Positions 12,421 through 24,032 of a stretch of DNA of 64,000 nucleotides are shown here, one piece after another; within the stretch, counting starts at the first letter, position 1; every line of letters starts with the position of its first letter. The position numbers and the translations under genes are program-made. The stretch is taken from NCBI RefSeq assembly GCF_006345805.1, contig NC_043005.1, positions 74,462,001-74,526,000 of the forward strand, in the 5' to 3' direction. The notes beneath the pieces are model-generated. The model searched no databases. It had not been told where the DNA came from and saw only the letters and a list, made by a program, of their open reading frames with translations. This DNA comes from Octopus sinensis (lineage: Eukaryota).

Positions 12421-14579
12421 GAGTGAAATATATGACAAAAATTGGGTAAAGTGAATCAAAAAGAAATGCAAACCGTTTTGATATCTAAAAGAATAACCGA
12501 GAGAAGTAATTCAAGGATGCTTTCTGCATAACAAAACATGCTGTAACCTTTTAAGCAAAGCATGACAACGTGGGTAGAGGCTGATATCTTAACATTTCTG
12601 ATAGTCTTAAATATTAAAAATATTATGAAAGATTTATATAGAACTACATTCTGTGCATGTCTGTTTATAAGCTATTGTGTTTAGACATGGTTTCTATCCT
12701 CAAACTGTTCCGATTTGTAGATGGAATTTTTTTTTAAATAAAGCACTCCGAAATTAGAAAAATGAAAAATCTGCATCAATCTCGGTCCCATAATTATCGA
12801 ATAATGGATTTTCAACTGTGTAAAGAAACTGATTGTGGTGATCGTAGTTTTGACGGTGATTGTGGTGAAAGCAGAGTCAGTGTTGATGATGACGATGATC
12901 GAGATAAGTATGGGAGGATGTTATGTTTTTGCCGGCGTTGGTTTGGGAAATTGGGCGATTTTCAGCATGAGTGTATATGAGTGGAAATGAGCTTCTTGGC
13001 GGAAGTTTGCGCTCTCCAAGTGCTTTTCTATTTTTTTTTATGTGGTATACGTAAGATAACAGAACATGCCTCTTTCCAAGCTTTATACTCTTACTAGGAA
13101 CTGAATTCAGCACCGCCAGCAAAGGAAATACTCATAAACAATATTATACTGGTCAAGGCGAACTAGTAGTACACTCTCAACGAGAGCATATAAGGACAGC
13201 TCGACTAGCTGGAAATAGCAGCTAGATGACCTGTCATACACACTATCATGTCTTCTAGACGTAAAAAGGACCCGTTTGATAATTTAGTCGTAGATGCTCT
13301 ATATCTGGAGAAAATACGAAATGACCGCAATTAGAACGTCTTTCATAATATGTTTCTTCAACTGGGGTAGATCTTGGACTAAACAACAGTATCACTGATA
13401 AAATGATACATTGAGTGCTATGTATCTTTTTACATACAAAGCAAATGCAGTGTCCTTAATTTGCAGTAGTGAGAAAACTAAAGCAACACCCAACAGCATT
13501 TGAACTCAGAAAGAAGACCTAAAGAGAGAATATGAACCGTCCAATTCCCACAGGGCTGGTTGTCGGTCAGCAGAGAACCTTTTCAAATAAAGTTTAGCAA
13601 GTCTATCGTCGCAATGTATCTGCATTACATTCTACACTAAAATATGCTTTCTCTGAACATAATACGTTGTTTCAAATTTTAGCATAAAGCCCAAACTTCT
13701 AGAGGTAGGGGAAAGTCGATTACATTGAACCTAATGCTCAGTTGGTACTCATTTTATCGACAGAAGAAAGGTATGAAAGACAAAGTCTACCTTGGCGGCT
13801 TTTGAACTCAGAAAGTATAAAGGCGGAAGAAATGACACTAAGTATTTTACCCGGTGCAGTAGCGATTCTGCCATCTTACCCATTTTCTGAACGTTATATA
13901 AAGGTTTTGAGTTTTGGTAGAAGGCCAGCAGTTTACATTCTAAGTTCAAATCCGATCAAGGTCAATTTTCCCTTTTATTCATCTGGGGGTCAATAAAATA
14001 AAGTACCAGTCTAGTACAAGGATCTATTCATTTAAATCAGAAAGCATTATCTACATTGCATTTGATTTTTTTTTTTTATAACGATTTTAAGAATCATCAA
14101 CTCCTGGACATTTCTGTCTCGGGACTCTAAGGGCTGAGTGTCCTGTTTTCACGGAGTATAAGTGACCTATGTGACAACATCACCCGTGGTCAGGATGTCA
14201 GTCCGTCGTAGTGTTATTCATTCATAGTTTAGTGGACTGGAACGACATGAAATGAAGTATTTTGCACAAAAAGAAAATATACTACCCGGTCTGGTTATCG
14301 AAATAACAATATCGCGATTATGAGCGAAACCCCTATAACCACTAGGCCACTTGCCTTTACTAATTTAAAAAACGCTAATATGAAGTTGTTAGTATAAAAT
14401 TACTAAACAGCTGCTAAAGTTATTATTTATTAAATTGTGTTGTATACAAGATTACTTTTCTTGAATTATATATATGTATGGGGTGGGCAGGCAACGAGAT
14501 GATGAACGAGTAAAGGGCGAATGTACTGAAAAAAGGCTAAGAAACGAAACACTGCTGTGGTGTAATATATATATATATA

Positions 14580-14716
<137 letters not shown>

Positions 14717-15291
14717 CAGACTATAAGAAACGTGGGGAAGAAGCAGAAATGGTGGCACACAGATCTAAATACAACAGTATTAGTTTTCTGGATTTAAATC
14801 TCACTCGATTTAACCTTCGCCATTACCATTACTACTACTACTACTATAAGAAAAAAAAACAAAAAACAAAAAAAAGAAAAAAAAGCTAAAACAAAGATGT
14901 ATTACTGACTGAATCAAGCTTAGTATATATCTTGTCCTTTGCCGAATCAGTATGATCCAAAAGTGAAGTGGAACCTTGCAAGATTTGAATTCTTAAAATA
15001 AAGGAAGAAAACTTAAATACTCCAAGGTGAATGCTGTGATTTTGGTTACTTATTTCTCATAGAAACCGGTTAACCGGAATTATGAGTCCTAGGGCTGAAG
15101 GAAAAAAAAATAGATCTTAACCAGAATTGGCTGCTATTTCTAACAGATTTTGTGGCCACATAAGGACCTTTCTCTTTGGCTCATCGATCAAGCCATCTTT
15201 CGTTTCTGCCACATCACTTTCTAACAAGGTCGAAATCACGTGATATGGTGGTATCGGCGCTGGCGGTAGCGGGGATTTATCTCCTCTCTAG

Positions 15292-15695
15292 TAGAGGCGC
15301 AATGGCCCAGTGGTTAGGGCAGCGGACTCGCGGTCATAGGATCGCGGTTTCGATTCCCAGACCGGGCGTTGTCAGTGTTTATTGAGCGAAAACACCTAAA
15401 AGCTCCACGAGACTCTGGCAGGGGATGGTGGTGATCCCTGCTGTACTCTTTCACCACAACTTTCTCTCACTCTTACTTCCTGTTTCTGTTGTACCTGTAT
15501 TTCAAGGGGCCGGCCTTGTCACTCTCTGTGTCACTCTCTGTGTCACGCTGAATATCTCCGAGAACTACGTTAAGGGTACACGTGTCTGTGGAGTGCTCAG
15601 CCACTTACACGTTGATTTCACGAGCAGGCTGTTCCGTTGATTCGGATCAACCGGAACCCTCATCCTCGTAATCGACGGAATGCTTCCGGCCAGCT
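15292..15695 (+). mobile_element. tRNA-derived SINE family C with TSD
   Basis: A box TGGCCCAGTGG, B box GGTTTCGATTCCC; TSD TTATCTCCTCTCTAG on both sides. Confidence 0.9.
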
Positions 15696-16117
15696 TATCT
15701 CCTCTCTAGAGATATAAACAAGAAATCATTTTGCATCAAAAAGTCGATATGAGAGCTTCTCTCATGGAATCTACCACAGGGAAGTTTAAGTGGAGATAAA
15801 GAGTACCTCCCGGTATTAACACAGCCGCCGTCGCTAGTGTATATTTTCTAATAATATAATACTAATGTTGTCATTATTGAAATGCTTGCTAGAGTCCAAT
15901 ATTCGGATGTTCCGATGCAGTTGTTGTCTTACTCTTTTACTCGTTTCAACCATGCGGCTGCGGTCATGCTGGGGCACCTACTGTTTATCAGTCTGTCAAG
16001 AGGCTATTAAAACCGCGCTCATTTCTTTTTCTATTCAAGAAAAGAACACTGTCTGTAGTCTCCTGCGGCCCGTAGCTAATTCCGAGAGAATGAGAGAGAA
16101 AGAGGAAAGAAAGAGAT

Positions 16118-16168
<51 letters not shown>

Positions 16169-16462
16169 AGTATTGACTGGTACAGTACTTGATTGACCTT
16201 TGAAGGATGAAAAGCAAAGTTGACCTCGGAGGGATTCGAACACAGAGCAACGGAATTTATTCCGCAAGACATTTTAGCTAACACGAAAACGTTCTTGGCC
16301 GTTTTCAAGAGTCTTTGAGTCGAAAGTAAGCCATATAACCATAAAAGATGGAATGAATTATAAAATAAGAATACAGAAAAATGAACGAATATTTCTCTGC
16401 AGTTAGTCGTTCACGCTGTCAAAACATTTTATCCAATTAGCACCAGCTAGGATGAATCGTTG

Positions 16463-16777
16463 TGGAGGCACATGGCCTAGTGGTTAGAGCAGCGGACACG
16501 CGGTCGAGGGATCGTGGGTTCGAATCACAGACCGGGCGATGTGTGTGTTTATGAGCGAAGCACCTAAGCTCCACGCGGCTCCGGTAGAAGGTAATGGCGA
16601 ACTTCTGCTGGCTCTTTCGCCACAACTTTCTCTCACTCTTTCCTCCTGCATCTTGCAACTCACCTGCGATGGACTGGCGTCCCATCCAGGTGGGGAACCT
16701 ATACGCCAAGGAAACCGGGAAACCGGTCATTATGAGCCAGGCGTGGTTCGAGAAGGAACAAACAAAACAACAACTGA
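16463..16777 (+). mobile_element. tRNA-derived SINE (family C head, different V-SINE-like tail) with TSD
   Basis: A box TGGCCTAGTGG, B box GGTTCGAATC; CCTGCGATGGACTGGCGTCCCATCCAGG; (AAC)n-like tail; TSD ATGAATCGTTG at 16452-16462 and 16778-16788. Confidence 0.85.
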
Positions 16778-17009
16778 ATGAATCGTTGAGAGTCGAGTGC
16801 CTTCAAGATTAGCAAAAATCTAACACGAAACAACTGACGATGTACAAATCGTCCAACTTTTGATAGTTGGGACAGGGAGCTTACTGACTCGTCCATTTGG
16901 GATTCTTTTTGGGGGTCGATAATACATTGTGTCTCATTGGGACTTAACAGATTTTGCTAAGTCGGTGGAGTATTTCCGATCTTGGTGAGTATTTAGAATG
17001 AAAAATAAT

Positions 17010-17853
17010 AATCCTCTCTACTAAAGACACAAGGCCTGAAATTTATGGGGTGGGGAGGGGGCCAGTCAATTACATCCCCTCTCCTCCTCAGTACTCAATG
17101 GATATTTATTTTATTGACACCAGATGGATCAACGGCAAAGCTGACCTCAGCGGGATTTGAAATCAGAACGTAAAGACAGACGAAATGCCGCTAAACATTT
17201 TATTCAGCGTGCTAACGACTCTTATTTCTTTATTGCCCACAAGGGGCTAAACATAGTGGGAACAAACAAAGAGAGACAAAGGGATTAAGTCGATTATATC
17301 GACCCCAGTGAGTAACTGGAACTTAATTTATCAACCTTGAAAGGATGAAAGGCAAGGTCGATCTCGGCGGAATTTGAACTCAGAACGTAACGGCAGACGA
17401 AATACCTATTTCTTTACTACCCACAGCGGGTTAAACACAGAGAGGACAAACAAAGACAGACAAACGGATTAAGTCGATTATATCGACCCCAGTGCGTAAC
17501 TGGTACTTATTTAATTGACCTCGAAAGGATGAAAGGCAAAGTCGACCTTGGCGGAATTTGAACTCAGAACGTAGCGGCAGACGAATTACCGCTAAGAATT
17601 TCGCCCGGTATGCTAACGTTTCTTATTTCTTTATTGCCCACAAGGGGCTAACCATAGGGGAGACAAACAAGGAGAGACAAAGGGATTAAGTCGATTAGAT
17701 CGACTCCAGTGCGTAACTGGTACTTAATTTATCGACCCCGAAAGAATGAAAGGTAAAGTCGATCTCGGTGGAATTTGAACTCAGAACGTAGCGGCAGACG
17801 AAATACCGCTAAGCATTTCGCCCGGCGTGCTAACGATTCTGCCAGCTCGCCGC
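17010..17853 (-). mobile_element. Tandem/nested array of about four SINE family B units
   Basis: AAAGGATGAAAGGCAAAGTCGACCTCGGCGGAATTTGAACTCAGAACGTA recurs at ~17130, 17341, 17524 and 17741. Confidence 0.9.
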
Positions 17854-17867
17854 TTTATTAATTAAAA

Positions 17868-17907
<40 letters not shown>

Positions 17908-17959
17908 TGTTGTTATTGTTATTGTTGTTGCTGTTTTTGTTGTATGTGTGCTAGTAAAA

Positions 17960-18606
17960 GCAAAACAATCTCACATATTGTGAGTGTAACAAACTGGCCC
18001 AAATCGAATATAAAAATGAAGCATGATAATGTATCTTAGTTCGTTCACTGGAGATTGTGTGAGAAATACGATCTTGAAAGGAGACACAGAAGTGGTACGA
18101 ACATAAACCAGAAGGCATCACTGAGAATAATAAGTAAAAGAACTTATGGGAATTTTTACAATTCAGTCTGACTCAGTAATTAATGCTCGAAGACCAGACA
18201 TTGTCGTATTGGATAATAGGAAGAATGAAACCAGGATCACAGATATTGTGATTTCTGTCGATTCACGAATGGATGACAAAGAGATAGAAAGGACTGAAAA
18301 GGACAAGCTACGAAAAGGTGAAGTTGTACGAGTGTGGGCAATGAAGAGAGTAACTATCAGCCCTGTAGTTGTAGGGGCGCTGGGAGCATTGAGAACCAAG
18401 TTTCTCAAATTTGTTGGCGAAATCGGGATTGATATGAGAGTAGAACATGCTCAGAAAACTGCTTTGTTGGGGACAGCGAGGATCTTGGGATTGGTACTTG
18501 GCTGTTAAGTATCGTGGAAAGAGACCCTGCGAGATCCTCAACAACAGGTCGTTGTCCGCTCTTAAAGAATTAAGTGCAATCAAGAGCTCTGAGAAGTAAA
18601 ATGAAA

Positions 18607-18660
<54 letters not shown>
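17960..18660 (+). mobile_element. R4/Dong-like LINE 3' end (restriction-like endonuclease), (TAA)n tail
   Basis: KHDNV..VHW.LC, TIQSD.VI.ARRPDIVV.D, K..E..R.W, PVVVGALG, LLGTARIL motifs; ends in (TAA)n at ~18609-18658. Confidence 0.85.
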
Positions 18661-18661
<1 letters not shown>

Positions 18662-20060
18662 TGATGATGACGATGACGATGATGATGATGATGATAATAT
18701 CTTGGCATTTAACATTCCGTGTGTTTGAGTTGGAGTGAGTTTCATTAAATATTAATAATCTAAATAATAGAACCAAAGGTTGAGATAAATTTAGTTTAAG
18801 GCTTTGCTCAAAGACTTAAATAAATATCGCTAAATCTCATCAACTTAACCTACAACGGTTTGCTGAGTTAAAAAGAGAGCCGTTTTGCAGTCACTCGATC
18901 TACTAGAAATAGCAGTCAAATTTTCTTTAAATTACATCATACAATCTTTAAAAAGCAAGTACACACTGGATAGTGTAATCTTAGATAATATGAGAGAGAA
19001 AAGAAAATGATACTGACAGTCACGGTTGGAATGCCATCAATCATAGGTCTGCTCATCTCAGCATTGACCTGACCTGGTGTTAAACAGCATTAATGACATT
19101 AGACTTTTTTTTTATATATAACACTAGTTTTTGTGTTTAATCCAAATTCTTCACTGCCAGAAACTCAACTGACACTACTATAACGTAAAATAAGCTGTTG
19201 GTGCAAGCGAAAACATGAGAGTAATTCAAGTGGATTTGGAATTCTAAAGCTTTCTCTGATATATTTGTAATAATATCCGTTGATTCATGAGATTCTAATG
19301 TCTACGAGGCCACGAAGAGTCCACGAGAGCCGCTGCTTATCTCCAGTTTCATGTACAAGGCGAAGCAGCGAGTGAGAGATTAATCATTATCTGGATATGA
19401 CGTCAATATACCGCGGGTAACATTTCCAGCTGGTGGGTATGATGATGATGGTGATGATGATGATTGATGATGATGATGATGATGATGATGACCTGATAGC
19501 TATTCATGACATACATATATTCATGTATATTCAATTACTATATGCATATTTACATACGTACATATATATATATATATATATGAGTGAGCATATGCATGTG
19601 TTTTAACCAAAGATTTAACACCTCATAGCTTAGTGCTTTGCGGTCGCGAGTGTATATGATCTGGGCAATTTTGGATTTCTGTCATATATTTCCAGTTGGC
19701 TCTGCTTCTTTCAAGTTATGTCTCTACGAAGGCAGCTAACTTACACTTTCGTAGCTACATTCTTCCCAGTACTAACGGAATATATCTAGTTGATTATTTG
19801 GTTGCCCAATACATAGCTCACGTGGCTACATTGCCACTACATATCATGCGATAGTCATTTTTGAATGAGCCATCTGTAGGAGTTAAGGAATACCTTGAAC
19901 CAAGTGGGGTGCATAAACATATATAGCATTTGCATCAAATTTATCAGTCAAGGTGAGAATGCAAAGGTCATTGCTCTCCCATTTCTAGCCTAACTAAATG
20001 AGCTTACACACGTAGACACAAATATACGTGCGTGTGTGTGAGTCTATTTATATGTATATA

Positions 20061-20448
20061 CTCTTTTACTTGTTTCAGTCATTTGACTGCGGCCATGCTG
20101 GAGCACCACCTTTAATCGAGCAACTCGACCCCGGCACTTAATTCTTTTGTGAGCCCAGTACTTATTCTATCGGTCTCTTTTGCCGAACCGCTAAGTAACG
20201 GGGACATAAACACATCAGCATCGGTTGTCAAGCAATGCTAGGGGACAAACACAGACACACAAACGCATATATATATACATATATACAACGGGCTTCTTTC
20301 AGTTTCCGTCTACCAAATCCACTCACAAGGCTTTGGTCGGCCCGAGGCTATAGTAGAAGACACTTCCCCAAGGTGCCACGCAGTGGGACTGAACCCGGAA
20401 CCATGTGGCTGGTAGACAAGCTACTTACCACACAGCCACTCCTGCGCC
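20061..20448 (-). mobile_element. SINE family A, full length
   Basis: Reverse-complement match to the family A consensus. Confidence 0.9.
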
Positions 20449-20460
20449 TGTGTATATATA

Positions 20461-20720
20461 CAATGGAACTTCGGTTTATGGACAAGTTTTGGAACATGAA
20501 ACGTCTTGGTTGACGAACGATGTCTCGAGTAACGAACACGCAGCCGGCAACAAGCTGAGAGTATTAGCAGGAGAGCATCAGTTACTGCCTAGCTTTCATT
20601 CAGTGCACATCCCTGCTTGAATTTGCCATGCCTTCTCTAGAATTTCCTATGGGAAATTGGCTTTGGTTTACAAACATTTCCTTCAAGAACGAATTAAGTT
20701 CGTAAGCCGAGGTTCCACCT
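20461..20720. mobile_element. Tigger-like MITE
   Basis: TA|CAATGGAACTTCGGTTTATGGAC ... GTTCGTAAGCCGAGGTTCCAC imperfect TIRs. Confidence 0.6.
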
Positions 20721-20759
20721 TATATGTATACAAATATAAGTATATGTATTACGTATGCA

Positions 20760-21358
20760 TGTCTCTTCTACTTTTCAATTATTATAGATCTTCCACTGAA
20801 AAGGGATCCGGTTTCCAACAGAGATACAAGGCTCTACATTTGGGATGTAGTTAACACAGACAAATTCACATTTGAAACTTGAGAAAATTCTTGCATATTT
20901 TTACTGTTCCACTCACAGGTTGCACTTATAATGTACGAATTAGCCGGTCGATTTCTCTTTCTGAAAATCCTAGTTTATCTAGATTCTCCTTTAAGCTTTT
21001 ACTAACAAAACCTAGTGCTCCAATTATTATTGGTATGAATATGAATTCATAGTCTGGATATAGAAGCTGGAGGTTTCGAAGCAGTTGTCCATAGATATCC
21101 TCTTTTTCTTTAATTTTCAAACAGATATTTATATCTGCAGGGTAGCTGACCTCTATGATGGTACATACTTTTGCCCATCTGTCCCAAACGACAATATCCG
21201 GCCTGTTATGCTTACATTTGACAGCGGTTTTGATGGGAATATTCCACGAGTTGGTGTTTATGAATGTATTTCATAACAGAGGGATTTTCTAAGTTTATTT
21301 CAGGACAGTCATTTTTGTAGATGGCATTGTAGATTGCTTTTGCAACAAAATCCTGCTG
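20760..21358 (-). mobile_element. Restriction-like-endonuclease LINE 3' fragment (R4/NeSL-like)
   Basis: WNIPIKTAVKCKHNRPDIVVWD...IIEVS.P.D....K..EKE..Y..L...L..LYP.Y.F..IPIIIGALG. Confidence 0.8.
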
Positions 21359-21473
21359 CATATGTATGTATGTATGTATAATACATCTATAAAAGACGTA
21401 CACATCACTACATTGATCCTCGCTGCTTTGTGTACATATAGTGATTTAATTCCCTTTTGATGAACCAGAGTTA

Positions 21474-21984
21474 TCTCTATATCTATAAACGGCAAAATGT
21501 TTGTGTATCTGTGTGCCTGTGTGTCCTTTATACAAATCCACAGTTTTTCACGTAAAAGGCTCGCATTTTCTATGGCCTTTCAAAACTGTCTGAGGGTGGT
21601 CGTGAAGATCTTTTCATTTGCCCAGTCACCCCAGAAAGCTATATAAAAAAAAGCGATAAACCAACCCCTTATGCCCATAAGTTATTTTGCGGCCAAATTC
21701 GAGTTTTTCGCTTTCTTCTGCCTCCTTTTTTGCCTGACTAATGACATGTGCACAGTCCCGCTAATTTTCCATGATTATGCCGTTCCATGTGTGAAAACCG
21801 AAGTCCAATGATTATTAATTACTCTCATAAAAAGCTCCAACTAGCTCATAAACAACAAAACTGGCCCTGGCTGAAATGTGATAAGAAACTTAGCTCTTGA
21901 TTTAGTGAGAAATTTTTACTGCGACCCGGCAACGAACAACAAGCACTAGCACTAGATCCGGCAACGCCGGGTCATAGTACTCGT
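21474..21984 (+). mobile_element. Non-autonomous Helitron-like element
   Basis: Starts TCTCTATATCTATAAACGGCAAAATG, ends CCGGCAACGCCGGGTCATAGTACTCGT (hairpin plus degenerate CTAG); same family as 62282-62648. Confidence 0.7.
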
Positions 21985-22424
21985 CAGCAAATATTTTGTT
22001 TACTGCTTTCTATATAAGAAATGAAGTCACTGGCTACCTGCAAAGAAGAAACGCGACCTGAAATATTTTCGTGAGGAAGGCTAGTCAATTACATTGACCC
22101 CAGTTCTCGACTGTTTCGTATTTTATCGACCCTGAAACGATGAAAAGTAAAGTTGATTTTGGTAATATTTGAACTCAGAAAATGAAGAGTCGGAGGAAAA
22201 AAACTGCTAACCGTTTTGTCCCATTTTGCCTGATAACGCGACACATTAATGATGATGATGATGATAAAATCAATAATAATGATTTCAAATTTTGGCACAA
22301 GGCCAGCAATTTCAGAAGGATGGGGGTGAGGTAGGTCGATTACATAGACCCCAGAGCCCGACACCCTCAGAATAACAATATTCCTTCAGAATAACAATAA
22401 ACCTTCAGAATAACAATAACAATA

Positions 22425-22845
22425 AGGCGGCGAGCTGGCAGAACCGTTAGCACGCCGGGCGAAATGCGTAGCCGTATTTCGTCTGCCGTTACGTTCTGAG
22501 TTCAAATTCCGCCGAGGTCGACTTTGCCTTTCATCCGTTCGGGATCGATTAAATAAGTACCAGTTACGCACTGGGGTCGATGTAATCGACTTAATCCGTG
22601 TGTCTGTCCTTGTTTGTCCCCTCTGTGTTTAGCTCGTTGTGGGTAGTAAAGAAATAGGTATTTCGTCTGCCGCTACGTTCTGAGTTCAAATTTCGCCGAG
22701 GTCGACTTTGCTTTTCATCCTTTTGGGGGTCGATCAATTAAGTACTAGTTACTCACTGGGGTCGATGTAATCGACTTAATCTCTTTGTCTGTCCTTGTTT
22801 GTCCCCTGTATGTTTAGCCCCTTGTGGGCAATAAAGAAATAAGAA
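22425..22845 (+). mobile_element. SINE family B dimer inserted among older family B copies
   Basis: Two consecutive GAGTTCAAATT..GCCGAGGTCGACTTTGC units; AATAACAATAA on both flanks; minus-strand copies at ~22040-22230 and ~22850-23070. Confidence 0.9.
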
Positions 22846-23203
22846 TAACAATAATCCTTTCTGCTACATGTACAAGGCCTGAAATTTTGAAGGCAAGGGT
22901 AAGCCGATTACATTGACTCCCAGGACTCAATTGGAACTTGTTTTATCGACCTCAAAAAGATGAAAAGTAAAGTCAACCTTGGTGGAATTTGAACTCAGAA
23001 CAAAAATACGAACGAAATGCCGCTAAGAATTTTGTTCGGCAAGCTAATGATTCTGCTAGCCCGCCGCCTTCGAGGCTATATAAAAAAAAACATTTGTCCA
23101 AGATGCCACGCTGTGAAATCGAACTTGGGACCTTGTAATTGCGAAACAGGTTTCTTAACTATTCAGCCAAACCGCACCTATCTATCCATCTATCTATCCG
23201 TCC

Positions 23204-23260
<57 letters not shown>

Positions 23261-24032
23261 CCTACCTACCTACCTATCCGTCTATCAATCTATCTATCTA
23301 TCTATCTATCTATCTATGTGTGTGTATGTATGTGAGGGAAGGGCAGAGCGGGAAAGAGAGAGGGAGAGAGAGAGAGAGAGAGAGTTAGATAGAGAGAGAG
23401 AGAGAATATGGTTTGAAGATAAAATGTAATTTAATGTCATCGGAATGTTGGCTGTACGAAATCGACCTTATGTTGAAAGCAATGCTCACAAGCAAGCAAT
23501 GTAGCTAAAGGTATGTTCACCGAATTTAATCTCTGACTCCAAGCTCAGTAATTCCTCAGTCTGCAATTAGTAGAAGATAGTTAAAGACAGCTTGAAAAGA
23601 TTTTGATCAAACACTCTTAGCTGTTGAAAAATACATGCTTTAAAAAAATGGTGCATTCGCAATAAATTATATTGACGTCTACTCGCATTACTTTATTGGG
23701 TGGTCTGTGCTTAGATTTAAAGCAGCACTTAAGCGTTTCAGACAATATTTTTAGTAGAATTAACGAATACTGTACCCCAAAACAACATTCTGTATATATA
23801 TATATACACAGATTTTTTCTCTTACGAGGTTTTCACGTTAACTACTGATAATTTCTTATAAATATAAAGATTTTATCCTTAATTTTAAATTTATATTTTC
23901 CACCGGAATAGTTCAATACTGAATTTTTGTTCCGAGTAGGCAAGTTGTTACCGAAATGCATTGCGAATAAGCCCGCCGTTTTCATAGATATGTAAAGATA
24001 AACATTCGTACATGCTACGACGAATTCTACGG

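Noticed and set aside
16951-16984. Plus-strand micro-exon (TTAACAG...GTGAGT)
   Set aside because: Isolated, with no compatible partner exons or recognisable peptide.
24016-24032. Tx1 target as part of an snRNA, rRNA or tRNA gene
   Set aside because: I do not recognise U1/U2/U6/5S/tRNA sequence around it; an Rfam search is still needed.
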